Source: a virus
UHGV virus genome: UHGV-1372779
Length of the DNA stretch: 64,000 nucleotides
Direction: 5' to 3' (one strand)
A program made the position numbers and the translations under genes. Shown one piece after another: positions 39,168 through 48,581 of this stretch. The notes under the pieces are model-generated. The model was not told where the DNA came from. It did not search any database and was given only the letters and a program-made list of their open reading frames with translations. Within the stretch, counting starts at the first letter, position 1. The number at the start of each line of letters is the position of its first letter.

Positions 39168-40151
39168 TTAAAAGTTATTTATATTATTATAAAGATTAGT
39201 AATCATTTCTTTAAATTGATCTATAGTTAAATCAGATTTAGCTTTATTCACCACACTAGAACATATACATACATTTCCTTTTATATACCCTTTATTAGAA
39301 TCAATTCTATCTAAAGAAGGATTGGAATGAAGACTTTCTGAATCTAATTTAATTCCAGAATAATAACATCTCCCCTCCTGTTTATTTAGTAAATCTAAAA
39401 GATATTCCTCATCTAAATTAAACTCTAATTTAGATTTTAATATACCTTCTCTTTTTCTCCTAGTTCTCAAAGATTTTTTACAATTGGTTAAAAGATTTTT
39501 TACTATATTTAATTTTGATCTTTTATTTATACAAGATGTACATATAGATTTACTTTTGCAATTACCAAATTTATTAGGATCTGTTTCTCCACATATTTTG
39601 CACTGAAACTCAGAAGTTTTAATATTAACATCACCAGAATTTAGAGTGTTATCTATTTGAATTTGACCTTCATGATTTATTACTATTCCAAAGTTATTAT
39701 CTTTTAAATTTCTTCTTACAACAGAAGACTTATTTTTAAGTACCTCAAAAACATCCCCCTCTCCGAAGTCTTTTATCTTGTTGTTAATTCTGTATATAAC
39801 ATTTATGTCTAGAGATGGATCTATTTCAACTATCTTCCTAGGAGGAATTTTCTCAAATGAAGGCAGTATTTTTATTAGCCTACATAGTATTTCTTTCATT
39901 TGATAAGTCAATTTATCATCTAGTATAAACTCATAACAGTCCAAAGTCTCATTTAGTTTATACATAGGGTAAAATCCATTTTTATTAATCTTTTCTATTT
40001 TTCCCAATTCCAATAGATTATCTAAAGCCTTTTTAAGATATGTCTGCTTGAATCCATACTGAGATAAAATTTTGTACGATATAGTTGAAATTCCAGATTC
40101 TGAAAAACAATTTAATACTCTCAAAACTACTTCTAAATTTAAATTTTCCAT
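39168..40151 (-). CDS. Winged-helix plus Zn-finger plus HNH_3-like domain protein (327 aa)
   Basis: N-terminal wHTH. CKICGE...CKSKSICTSC zinc finger. C-terminal LDRIDSNKGYIKGNVCICSSVVNKAKSD is paralogous to the C-terminus of ORF 30447..31106. Confidence 0.45.
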   Translation of the reverse strand: MENLNLEVVLRVLNCFSESGISTISYKILSQYGFKQTYLKKALDNLLELGKIEKINKNGFYPMYKLNETLDCYEFILDDKLTYQMKEILCRLIKILPSFEKIPPRKIVEIDPSLDINVIYRINNKIKDFGEGDVFEVLKNKSSVVRRNLKDNNFGIVINHEGQIQIDNTLNSGDVNIKTSEFQCKICGETDPNKFGNCKSKSICTSCINKRSKLNIVKNLLTNCKKSLRTRRKREGILKSKLEFNLDEEYLLDLLNKQEGRCYYSGIKLDSESLHSNPSLDRIDSNKGYIKGNVCICSSVVNKAKSDLTIDQFKEMITNLYNNINNF

Positions 40152-40408
40152 TTTTGCTAATTTTAATTAAACATTATTTTTCTTATACAAAGGTAGGTGT
40201 TTTAGAAAATAAAAACAATAAAAATAGGAAAAATTATTTTATTGAGTAGGATATTATTTTATCTTTAAATTTTTAAGTTGAATGAAGAAAAATTTAGAAT
40301 TAATCGAGCGACAGATGTATTCCCCCAAAACACCCCCTAACCACCTTGAGGAAAAAGTGAAATTCCTCGCCAAAATAAAAAATAATAAACCACTTAAATT
40401 TTACGATT

Positions 40409-40804
40409 ATGGCAGTAAATAGAAGCCTATCAAAAGAAGATTTGGAAAAAATCGCATTTGTAGCATCAGAATTTGGTTCTAGTGCTCAAGTAAATGACAC
40501 CATTAAAGTTCCTGCAGATCCACACTTTGATGAGGTAAAACAAGAAATTGGTGGACAAGACAGAACTTGGTACGTTGTTAAAGACATTCTTTACAATGGA
40601 AAGAGTAAAGAGTCTCAATCAGTCAATTTCGCAAAAAGAGGTAAAAAGTCAGAAAGATCTCAGGCTACCAATGACAAGTTGGCCAACACTCATACTTTAC
40701 TTGATCTATACAAGCTGATTGCCGGAACCACTTGGAAATGTGTCTATGTTGAAACAAATCCATTTGGAACTACCAATGCAACTTGGGATTTGGTAACTGA
40801 GTAA
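40409..40804 (+). CDS. Hypothetical protein (131 aa)
   Basis: ORF followed by a 30-aa micro-ORF and an intrinsic terminator at 40917..40943. Confidence 0.45.
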   Translation: MAVNRSLSKEDLEKIAFVASEFGSSAQVNDTIKVPADPHFDEVKQEIGGQDRTWYVVKDILYNGKSKESQSVNFAKRGKKSERSQATNDKLANTHTLLDLYKLIAGTTWKCVYVETNPFGTTNATWDLVTE

Positions 40805-40916
40805 TAACAATAAAAATTTACAATCATGAATAACATTATCGAAGATTACTGGTCTGATGACTACGGTTACGTAGAAGTTCTTTACCTAAATGGTGAAATA
40901 TATCAGATACAAAGAT

Positions 40917-40943
40917 AAAGGGTTAAAACCCTTTATCTTTTTT
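40917..40943 (+). terminator. Intrinsic terminator after ORF 40409..40804 and micro-ORF
   Basis: aaggg-ttaaaa-ccctt followed by tatctttttt. Confidence 0.55.
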
Positions 40944-41042
40944 AAGTATTTTTTTAATCTTCATCATGTTATTCAATTGTGAATTTTAATGCAGCCAAAG
41001 ACTGTCTCAAGCCAGTAGAATGCAGAGAGTTATTCATGATTG

Positions 41043-41263
41043 GGCACTCCTGAACATGAGTATAAACTGTTCATATAATATTAAAAATTTATTTTACTAT
41101 ATTAAAACCTCTTAGTGTATAGGATAACTAAGATACTATGGTTAAAACAGCTTAGCCCAGCGAAAAAGTGAGTACTCAATCTCACCCATGCCTAATAAAG
41201 GATGTGCAAAGGGCAATTAGGCTTTATAAGCCAAGTAATACTCCTGAGTATGAGTATAAACTA
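41043..41263 (+). promoter_or_regulatory. Two copies of ACTCCTGA(NN)ATGAGTATAAACT about 196 bp apart
   Basis: 41043..41066 and 41238..41263. The second lies about 25 nt upstream of the ATG at 41291. A related GAGTATAAAT occurs at 41588. Confidence 0.4.
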
Positions 41264-41290
41264 CTCTATTAATTTTAAATATAACACACT

Positions 41291-41506
41291 ATGGAAACAG
41301 TTGAAAAGAGAAAGAAATTATTTGAAAAAGCATGTGAAGGATTTCTAAATGCTTTATATGCTGAAAAAGGAAAGAGTGATAATATTACATCAGATGATAT
41401 TGATGTAGTTTGGGAAGCATTATTGTTATCTTTACATAAATTTGAGCCAAATTTAAGAGAGATTGCGGAAGAGGTTTGTGATAAAATTGTTGAAAATAAA
41501 ATATAA
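41291..41506 (+). CDS. Hypothetical protein (71 aa)
   Basis: Chosen over the overlapping low-complexity minus-strand ORF. Preceded by a repeat/promoter-like motif and followed by a terminator at 41624..41657. Confidence 0.35.
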   Translation: METVEKRKKLFEKACEGFLNALYAEKGKSDNITSDDIDVVWEALLLSLHKFEPNLREIAEEVCDKIVENKI

Positions 41507-41623
41507 CTCGAATTCATGCTGACGATTACTGGAAATTAATGTCCAGATTTACCATGATTAGTATATCTAATGTAGGTAGGCTTAAACGAGTATAAATAAA
41601 AGCCGAAAAACACTTGATTGTGA

Positions 41624-41657
41624 AAATCCTAGTGAAGTAGAGTAACTAGGATTTTTT
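41624..41657 (+). terminator. Intrinsic terminator
   Basis: atcctagt-(11 nt)-actaggat followed by T6. Confidence 0.6.
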
Positions 41658-42376
41658 ATTTTGATTATATTGGTGTATTTATATATTTTGGGTTTTAGGA
41701 TGTTTAGGATAATTATTATAATTATCTAATTGATGTGAGATGTGTGGTGAGGTTGTGAGGCAAGTGTAACTCCAACTCCACCATCTCCATCTTTTTCATC
41801 CAAATCATCACCAAAATTATCTCTACAACTAGGTAAATTTTTAAGATTTCTTTCATCGGGAATAAATATTTTGTAACGTAGTTCATGATTTTTAATTAGT
41901 TTTAACTTGTTATGCATTTTATTTGCTTCAACTTTTTGTTTTAAGTTTTTTTTGAAAAAAATTAAACATTAGATTAATATAAAGTCGTGAGATTCATATT
42001 AATCGAATAATCTAAATCATGTTATATCTAGTTGATATATTATTATACAACATAAGTTTATAATAGTGATTTAGATTATGAATAATATCTAATTCTGGAA
42101 GGTACCAATAAGTTCGGGTTAGATATTATTAGTTACTAATAGGAAGGAGAAATCCTTCCTATTTTTATTTAGGATATTATGAAGAAAAGATATATAAAAC
42201 ATTTAAAAATAGTGCTTATTATATTAAACATAATAAGTGCTGCATTAGTACTTGCAACTGAGGACGATTGGACCTGGGTTGCGTTTATTATTTGTATAAT
42301 TGTTTCATTTGTAGTATTCCTTGTGGAAGAGGATATTACTTATTAATTTTTAAATAACACTAAAACACTAAATATT

Positions 42377-42895
42377 ATGGAATTATACAATAAAAAGGAA
42401 TTATTAGAATATGCTAAAGCTTGTAATTTATCAGATGTAGCTGATAGAGCTTTGATGTCAATTCTTAAATTAAGTGATACAGAGAAAGAAATGGGACTTA
42501 ACCCAAGTTTGGATTTTTCTAAGATTCAGATAAAGATTCAGGATAGTAGAACTAAGTGTAGAAAGTTATTAAATGTATTAGAAGAGAAGTTCTATGATAC
42601 TTTTAGAGGATTTAAGGAAGATTTAGATAAATCTGAGATGATTGTAGAGAAATTTGAATTATATGCAAATAGAAGTATTTCCAAAGGTGAATATGTATAC
42701 GATAACTATTTAAATATTAAGATAAGGGATAAAGATGGTCATTTAAATATTATTAATACACTTATTCAATCTTCTGGAGATAAACTTGCATGTTGTATAG
42801 GAAAGCATAGTAATGCGGAATTAGATAGTATTTGCGAAAAATATTTTCAAGTAGTACCTGCAATATTGTTTAAACCAGAACTTATTTATTTATAA
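42377..42895 (+). CDS. Hypothetical protein (172 aa)
   Basis: ORF. AACACTAAA leader upstream of the ATG. Confidence 0.45.
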   Translation: MELYNKKELLEYAKACNLSDVADRALMSILKLSDTEKEMGLNPSLDFSKIQIKIQDSRTKCRKLLNVLEEKFYDTFRGFKEDLDKSEMIVEKFELYANRSISKGEYVYDNYLNIKIRDKDGHLNIINTLIQSSGDKLACCIGKHSNAELDSICEKYFQVVPAILFKPELIYL

Positions 42896-43050
42896 AAAAA
42901 TTATCCACCTTGTGTTCCCTTCTTGCCTATTTTAGTACGTCAGACTTGCAACACAATACACACATAAGCTTATATTTAAGTTCAACACAAGGTGGATTTT
43001 ATAAGATATTTATATTAAATTATTAGATAACATATTAAAACACTAAAACT

Positions 43051-43578
43051 ATGGAAAATTATCAAAACACTAAAGAGAGAAGAGATCAAGAAGTTGAAAG
43101 ATGTTCAACTTTAGTTACTAAAGTTTTAAATACTCTAAGATTAGACTCCAAAGATGGAGTGTTTTATAAGGAGAGTTTAAAGCAATTGTTGGGAGAGATT
43201 TCTGGAACAAAGAGATCTATAATTATTCAGAGGTTAATTGGGAGGAAAATTATTAGTAAGATAGGGAAGGATAACATTGGGTCATTATATGTTATTAATA
43301 ACTTTTCCAAACCTGTTTATATTGGGAATGTGAGAGAGGCTGTAAGAGCAGCTTGTGATTATTATAATAAGAACTATCTTGATTATAAGAGAAATGAGCG
43401 AAGAGTTGAAGTTGGCCCAATTGAGAGAGTTTCTGATAGTAAAAAGTTCTTTTTAGATAGAGATAAATTATCTCAAGAAGAAAAGGAAAGAATGTGTGTT
43501 GAATTCTTACTGAGAGTTGAAGGGAATAGAAGATATAGAATTATTAAAGAAACTTCTGAGGAATTGAAACTTCAATAA
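43051..43578 (+). CDS. Hypothetical protein (175 aa)
   Basis: ORF with the same AACACTAAA-type leader. Confidence 0.45.
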   Translation: MENYQNTKERRDQEVERCSTLVTKVLNTLRLDSKDGVFYKESLKQLLGEISGTKRSIIIQRLIGRKIISKIGKDNIGSLYVINNFSKPVYIGNVREAVRAACDYYNKNYLDYKRNERRVEVGPIERVSDSKKFFLDRDKLSQEEKERMCVEFLLRVEGNRRYRIIKETSEELKLQ

Positions 43579-43659
43579 CTATTGAGGTAATAATGTATAT
43601 AGAGTTAAATAAATTAAATTACTCGAATTAGTTTCTTTCATTCATAGCAAATATACATT

Positions 43660-43845
43660 ATGAAAACAATAGGTATGATAGTTATATTTGTGATTTTGAT
43701 TTTATTTTGGTTTATGATTGGAAGAATAGGTGCTATTATATTATTTATAATAATGATAGCTCTGTTCCTTATTGTCCAAATCATCCAAACTTATTTAGAA
43801 GATCGAAAGAACAAACTAAACAACAAAAACAAAAACAAAAAATGA
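43660..43845 (+). CDS. Small membrane protein (61 aa)
   Basis: Two hydrophobic helices and a KNK-rich tail. Confidence 0.35.
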   Translation: MKTIGMIVIFVILILFWFMIGRIGAIILFIIMIALFLIVQIIQTYLEDRKNKLNNKNKNKK

Positions 43846-43895
43846 TTGACTTTAGGCTGTGGTAGAAATATCACAGCCTTTTTCTATTTAATCCA

Positions 43896-44129
43896 ATGGC
43901 AAAGAAAAAAGAAGTTGATTATAGGAGAGCTTGGAATAGTGTAACATATTTAAATAATATGTACAGCAGAACCAAGAAGAGTATCTACTTTGATTTAGCT
44001 ATATTATATAAAATGGCTATTGATTGGTATGATATGGACAATGCAAATACAGAGGGAGGAAAGAAATTTGATGAACAATGTTATTTAAATAATGTTGAAG
44101 CAGAGTTCTATACTCCTTGGAGAATATAA
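43896..44129 (+). CDS. Hypothetical protein (77 aa)
   Basis: ORF. Confidence 0.4.
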   Translation: MAKKKEVDYRRAWNSVTYLNNMYSRTKKSIYFDLAILYKMAIDWYDMDNANTEGGKKFDEQCYLNNVEAEFYTPWRI

Positions 44130-44572
44130 ATTTATCCATTTTTATCTGAGATTTCTATTAAGACTTCATCAGGCTTGGAAATATATCTGAAGAAGACTTA
44201 AACCAAGTAAAATAAAAGTTGAAACCTCTTATATCATGGAAGAGCTGTTAGGCTAGAACTAACAGAGTAATTCTGGGGGGGAATATAATTCCGATATGAG
44301 TTAGATAAGGAGAAAATCCTTATCTATTAAAAGGTTATATATTAAAATCCGAAAGGGTTTAAGATATGTATAGGGTTAATATTGTATAAAGGGTCATCTA
44401 GCTAGTGACCCTTTAAAGAAGGGAATAGTTAATTTAAATATTATGAAGAAGATTAGAGATATTTTAGAGAAGCTATTCTTATGGTTTATATTAATCTTAG
44501 TAATAGCTGTTGGGATCTCATACTTATTAGTATGGATAGGGATATTATTTGTCTTGATTAAATATTAAGAGT

Positions 44573-44791
44573 ATGATTACATATTTAATTCTTCACAGGG
44601 TATTTTTGTTTCTGTGTATAATAGACTTTACATTTTCATTAATATTTGGAATTTCTTACGCAGAATTTGAAGGAAGACTTACAAGAATAATAGCTATAAT
44701 CTCAGTTGTAACCTTTATTATAAGTGGGATTTTAACTATAATTTTTGGAACACTTTATGATCCAAATCCTTGTTTTCATATAACTAACTAA
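44573..44791 (+). CDS. Small membrane protein (72 aa)
   Basis: Hydrophobic ORF. A 41-aa membrane micro-ORF at 44441..44566 precedes it. Confidence 0.3.
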   Translation: MITYLILHRVFLFLCIIDFTFSLIFGISYAEFEGRLTRIIAIISVVTFIISGILTIIFGTLYDPNPCFHITN

Positions 44792-44896
44792 GTATCAATG
44801 ATGTGCAATTTATTTTAAACTTTCTTATTAAATAATTTGGAAGTGTTAAATGAATTGCATATCTTTGTACTCACATTTTGATAATAAAGACGTAAT

Positions 44897-44983
44897 GCCG
44901 AAGTGGTGAAACTGGATATACACGTTAGACTTAAGATCTAATGGTCAGTAATGGCCGTGTGGGTTCGAGTCCCACCTTCGGTA
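44897..44983 (+). tRNA. tRNA-Leu (anticodon UAA), class II
   Basis: Acceptor gccgaag/cttcggt. Anticodon arm ttaga-cuUAAga-tctaa. Long variable arm. T-arm gtgggttcgagtcccac. Confidence 0.7.
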
Positions 44984-45036
44984 CACTTTTCTCTTTTATG
45001 ATATTTTTTCATAAAGGTTAGTATTTAGTGTGTTAG

Positions 45037-45069
45037 GTAAGGAGTAGAAATACTCCTTACTATTTATTA
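45037..45069 (+). terminator. Rho-independent terminator-like hairpin after tRNA-Leu
   Basis: gtaaggagta-gaaa-tactccttac followed by tatttatt. Confidence 0.45.
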
Positions 45070-45301
45070 GATTTTAAAATTAAATATATGACTTTAGAAA
45101 TAATTTTATGGATAATTAGCTCTGCATCATTTTTAACTTCAATGCTCATTATAACACTAATACTTGCTGATGATAGGGTTCTTTCTTCACTACAACGTGC
45201 AATAAGTTGCATTATGTTACTCTTTTATTCATAATGAGCTTTATTCAAGCAATAAGTTCAATGATTGAATTAACAATTCAACAATTAAAATAAATTACAT
45301 A

Positions 45302-45372
45302 GCCTCAAGGTCAAATGGTTAAGATGTCCGACTGTCTATCGGTACGGAGCGGGTTCGATTCCCGTTGGGGCT
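45302..45372 (+). tRNA. tRNA-Asp (anticodon GUC), isotype tentative
   Basis: Acceptor gcctcaa/ttggggc (one G-U). Anticodon loop cuGUCua. T-arm gcgggttcgattcccgt. Confidence 0.5.
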
Positions 45373-45378
45373 GCATAT

Positions 45379-45453
45379 GTGAAGTTACCAGAGTGGCTTA
45401 ATGGCTCAGACTGCAAATCTGTTGATTCGGGAGTTCGAATCTCCCACTTCACT
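45379..45453 (+). tRNA. tRNA-Cys (anticodon GCA)
   Basis: Perfect acceptor gtgaagt/acttcac. Anticodon loop cuGCAaa. T-arm gggagttcgaatctccc. Confidence 0.7.
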
Positions 45454-45482
45454 CAGTATTAATTAAATTTAAATTTAAGATT

Positions 45483-45863
45483 ATGTGGTTAATAATTATT
45501 TTAGCAGTAGTATTTATTATTTGTGTTATAGGAGCATTTAAGTTAAATGATGATTACTTTGAGCCACAAATATTTTGTGGATTTGCATCTTTTGCAACTG
45601 GAATTACAATATTAGTGATGTTGTGTAGTATTCCTGATAATGATTATGAGAAGAAGATCCTTCAAAAATCTGAGCTTATCACACTACAATTAAGTGATAC
45701 TACTTTGTCTAATATAGAAAGATCTATTATTATAAAAGAGGCTATAGAATTAAATAATACTTTATTAGATAATAAGGTATATCATAATAATAAATTCTAT
45801 GGAGTTATTTATTCTGATAAAATTGCAGAAATTCCTTATGTTAAATTGAGAAAAGATAAATAA
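45483..45863 (+). CDS. Membrane-anchored hypothetical protein (126 aa)
   Basis: N-terminal TM helices. ORF between tRNA genes. Confidence 0.4.
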   Translation: MWLIIILAVVFIICVIGAFKLNDDYFEPQIFCGFASFATGITILVMLCSIPDNDYEKKILQKSELITLQLSDTTLSNIERSIIIKEAIELNNTLLDNKVYHNNKFYGVIYSDKIAEIPYVKLRKDK

Positions 45864-45917
45864 ATTATTAATCCATTTTAACACAGAGTTTGCAAGTTCT
45901 CTAAAAACTTGCATTAT

Positions 45918-46000
45918 TCCTCCTTCGCATAGTGGTTGATTGCACTGGCTTTGTAACCCAGTCCTGAAAAGGCACGTCAGTTCGAATCTGACAGGAGGAT
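45918..46000 (+). tRNA. Atypical class II tRNA-like gene (long variable arm, 9-nt anticodon loop cuuuguaac or 7-nt loop with a C-C closing mismatch); isotype unresolved
   Basis: Perfect acceptor tcctcct/aggagga. D-arm gca-agtggttgatt-tgc. Stem actgg/ccagt. Variable arm tcctgaaaaggcac. T-arm gtcagttcgaatctgac. Confidence 0.45.
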
Positions 46001-46043
46001 CAATTAAATAACACATTAAATAACACATTAAATAGATAACAAT

Positions 46044-46568
46044 ATGACATTAGATGAGTATTATGAGAAAGTAAAAGAAGAAATTTCTCAAATCAAAAAA
46101 GATTATCCTTGTATTTTACCTAAAAATCAAAAAATTCAGTGTGTAAAAGAAATGATTAGAGATATAGATCAAGGATATAGAGTATATGTTTGTACGAGAG
46201 TTATGCATAAATATCAGACGATTTTAGAAATTGTATTTCCTTACAATAAGGCAATTCTAGTTCCTAAAAGATCTTTTACACCACCTATTCTTGATGATCC
46301 TACTATGTATGAGTATTATCTCTCAGCTATTGTAAAAATGGAAGAATATGAAAAGCTTATGAAAGAAGAAATAGAGGAAAATAATCCCACAAAAGCACTT
46401 GCACTCATTAATGATGCAGATTCTTTTGTGACTCTTGCACTAGGATTACCTGAATTTCTTGACTACTTTCCTAAAATGCTTTGGTATGATGGTGGATGGT
46501 TTAGCTCTATGGAAGACAGAAGAAAAGCTTTAGTAGAAACTTTAATGAAATTGGAAAATCATGACTAA
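46044..46568 (+). CDS. Hypothetical protein, tandem paralogue A (174 aa)
   Basis: Shares a YPCIL-containing N-terminus with ORF 46561 and a C-terminal domain (LPEFLDYFP...RRKAL) with the minus-one frame downstream of ORF 46561. Confidence 0.45.
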   Translation: MTLDEYYEKVKEEISQIKKDYPCILPKNQKIQCVKEMIRDIDQGYRVYVCTRVMHKYQTILEIVFPYNKAILVPKRSFTPPILDDPTMYEYYLSAIVKMEEYEKLMKEEIEENNPTKALALINDADSFVTLALGLPEFLDYFPKMLWYDGGWFSSMEDRRKALVETLMKLENHD

Positions 46569-47158
46569 AGAAGAATATATAGAATATCTTGAAAGGAGAA
46601 AAGAAGATTTCAAAAGAATGTATCCTTGTATATTATCAATTAAAGAAAAAATTGATATTATAGAAAACATTTTAGACGCTATTAAAATCACCAAAAGAGG
46701 AATAGGAAGAGTTTATATTTGTCATGAGTTACAAAACATGAGCACAAAATATAATTTATCCTCTGTAAATATAGGACTTGATGATAATGTTTTATTTACA
46801 ATTCTTGCTAAAAAAGAAGATTTTTGGTATCTACTTGACGAAGGAGATAATGATACTCCTCTTTCTGAAGAAGATGTATTAAAGAGAATTTTAGAAAAAA
46901 ATTCCTTCTGCAGAATACTTAGAAGATGCTTCTTATTATCAACCTTCTTTTCACTCATCTTATGATATATTAGAAGATGATTTTTATGAATTATATGAAG
47001 ACTCCTCTTCCCTATCAATTATAGCATTAATGCTTCCAGAATTAATTGATTATATGCCTTTAACTCTATATGAAGATGTAAGTTATTTTGATTCTACAGA
47101 GGAAAGAATTCAAGCATTAGAAAATATATTACAAGACTTAAAAACACAAATCCAATAG
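46561..47158 (+). CDS. Hypothetical protein, tandem paralogue B; needs a minus-one frameshift at the A7 run 46895..46901 to reach the conserved C-terminal domain (0-frame ORF ends at 46965)
   Basis: The 0-frame stops at 46965 with a junk hydrophobic tail. The minus-one frame after G-AAA-AAA-T reads ...KKIPSAEYLEDASYY...SLSIIALMLPELIDYMPLTLYEDVSYFDSTEERIQALENILQDLKTQIQ, which is homologous to the paralogue A C-terminus. Confidence 0.45.
46895..46901 (+). repeat. A7 run within slippery heptamer-like G-AAA-AAA-T
   Basis: At the point where paralogue B's reading frame diverges from its conserved C-terminal domain. Confidence 0.8.
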
Positions 47159-47457
47159 GGCAGTGAAACTTCATCACTGGTAGAATTCTAGTTAAGGGTG
47201 GATATTATAATTTGTTCGAAAATACTAGATATTAGGTTACTTTGGGACTATGTTCAATCTCCTGATTTAACAAGAACTACTAACAAAGAATTGAGCCTCT
47301 TAGATAGTGATTTATTTAACATTGACACAGAGGTAGTTTATCTATCATAAAGTCCAAATGGTTAGACCATCAGGGATATTAATAGAGTTAGGCTTTACTT
47401 ATAGTTATCCTTATGTTAAATAATCTCACTATCTAAGATTATATTAAATAGTTAGAT

Positions 47458-47730
47458 ATGAAAATAGATTATAGAAAAGCATTTATATCAATGGAGAATA
47501 TATCAGAATGTGCTTGTAGATTTAAGGCATTCAAGATATATGATGATCTTCAAATTGCATTAGATTTGTTAAGAGAATATTCAGAATTGATTAGATTCTG
47601 TTCTGGATCTTCTAATATAAAGGAGTATGAAAGGCTTAAATCAGCCTTTAAACTTCATGTAGACAAAATCAAATCTGATTTTAGTAGAATAGATCTAATC
47701 AATAACCTTTATTTTCCTGATGAGTTATGA
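47458..47730 (+). CDS. Hypothetical protein (90 aa)
   Basis: ORF. Confidence 0.4.
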   Translation: MKIDYRKAFISMENISECACRFKAFKIYDDLQIALDLLREYSELIRFCSGSSNIKEYERLKSAFKLHVDKIKSDFSRIDLINNLYFPDEL

Positions 47731-47978
47731 TTATTAATTTAGATTACACAGGGAAATCTCTGGAGGAAATATATCGTCCTGATGAGAATGATATAATTAT
47801 TGATAATAACAATAACATTATTCATGAGAAGGAGATAGAAAGAAGTCCAAAAGTTGTTCTTAATGGTGTTACATTTTACTATTATAGAACATCTAAATTA
47901 GCTGAAAAGTTAGCTGGACACAAAGTAACTCTTGAGATTGATATAACTACTAGAAAGTTAGAGTTTATATTTAAATAA
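47727..47978 (+). CDS. Hypothetical protein (83 aa)
   Basis: ORF overlapping the previous stop (ATGA). Confidence 0.4.
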   Translation: MIINLDYTGKSLEEIYRPDENDIIIDNNNNIIHEKEIERSPKVVLNGVTFYYYRTSKLAEKLAGHKVTLEIDITTRKLEFIFK

Positions 47979-48090
47979 TATTAAAATCCTTGTCCAGTAC
48001 TAATAATTCACTGCAGGATCTGTTATTAATGTCATGGACTAAAGTAATGATGAGTAAGGGATCTCATCTTATCTTTTTACAAAACTTTAA

Positions 48091-48486
48091 ATGTTTAGCA
48101 ATTGTGTTAATTTCAAGAAACAGGGTGATGTGGGAATGTGTTATGCTATAGCATATTATTCGAAACTGGGATGGACAATCTCAATTCCAGTTACTGATTC
48201 TCAAGATTATGATTTAATAGTAGATACAGGAACTAAGTTGTTAAAGGTGCAAGTAAAGACTACTACTCAAAAAAGTAATTATGGTGTTTATATTGCAAAT
48301 TTAAAAACTTGTGGAGGTAATAGGAGCGGAGACACTATTAAGACCTTTGAAAGTAATCAGTCAGATTTAATATTTATACTAACAGATAGTGGTGATTGTT
48401 ATTCAATTCCTAGAGATGCTGTTTCTTCTAAGACTACAATTAATTTAGGCGAAAAAGTTTTAATGTACAAGGTGTCATTATTTTAA
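48091..48486 (+). CDS. PD-(D/E)XK-like small nuclease (resolvase/AHJR-like, 131 aa)
   Basis: YDLIVDTGTKLLKVQVKT fits the D..(E/Q)xK core of small restriction-endonuclease-fold proteins. Confidence 0.4.
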   Translation: MFSNCVNFKKQGDVGMCYAIAYYSKLGWTISIPVTDSQDYDLIVDTGTKLLKVQVKTTTQKSNYGVYIANLKTCGGNRSGDTIKTFESNQSDLIFILTDSGDCYSIPRDAVSSKTTINLGEKVLMYKVSLF

Positions 48487-48490
48487 TAAT

Positions 48491-48579
48491 GGGTATGCAG
48501 CGACGATGGTGGTGTCGTGCGAGACTGTAAATCTCGTCCCTTAGGGTAAACATTGGTAGTTCGAATCTACCCATGCCCA
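48491..48579 (+). tRNA. tRNA-Tyr (anticodon GUA), class II
   Basis: Acceptor gggtatg/catgccc. Anticodon arm cgaga-cuGUAaa-tctcg. Variable arm tcccttagggtaaacat. T-arm ggtagttcgaatctacc. Confidence 0.75.
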
Positions 48580-48581
48580 CA

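Noticed and set aside
40318-40345. C-rich tract cccccaaaacaccccctaaccacc upstream of ORF 40409
   Set aside because: Compositionally odd for this genome, but there is no repeat, palindrome or known motif. There is insufficient basis for a functional call.
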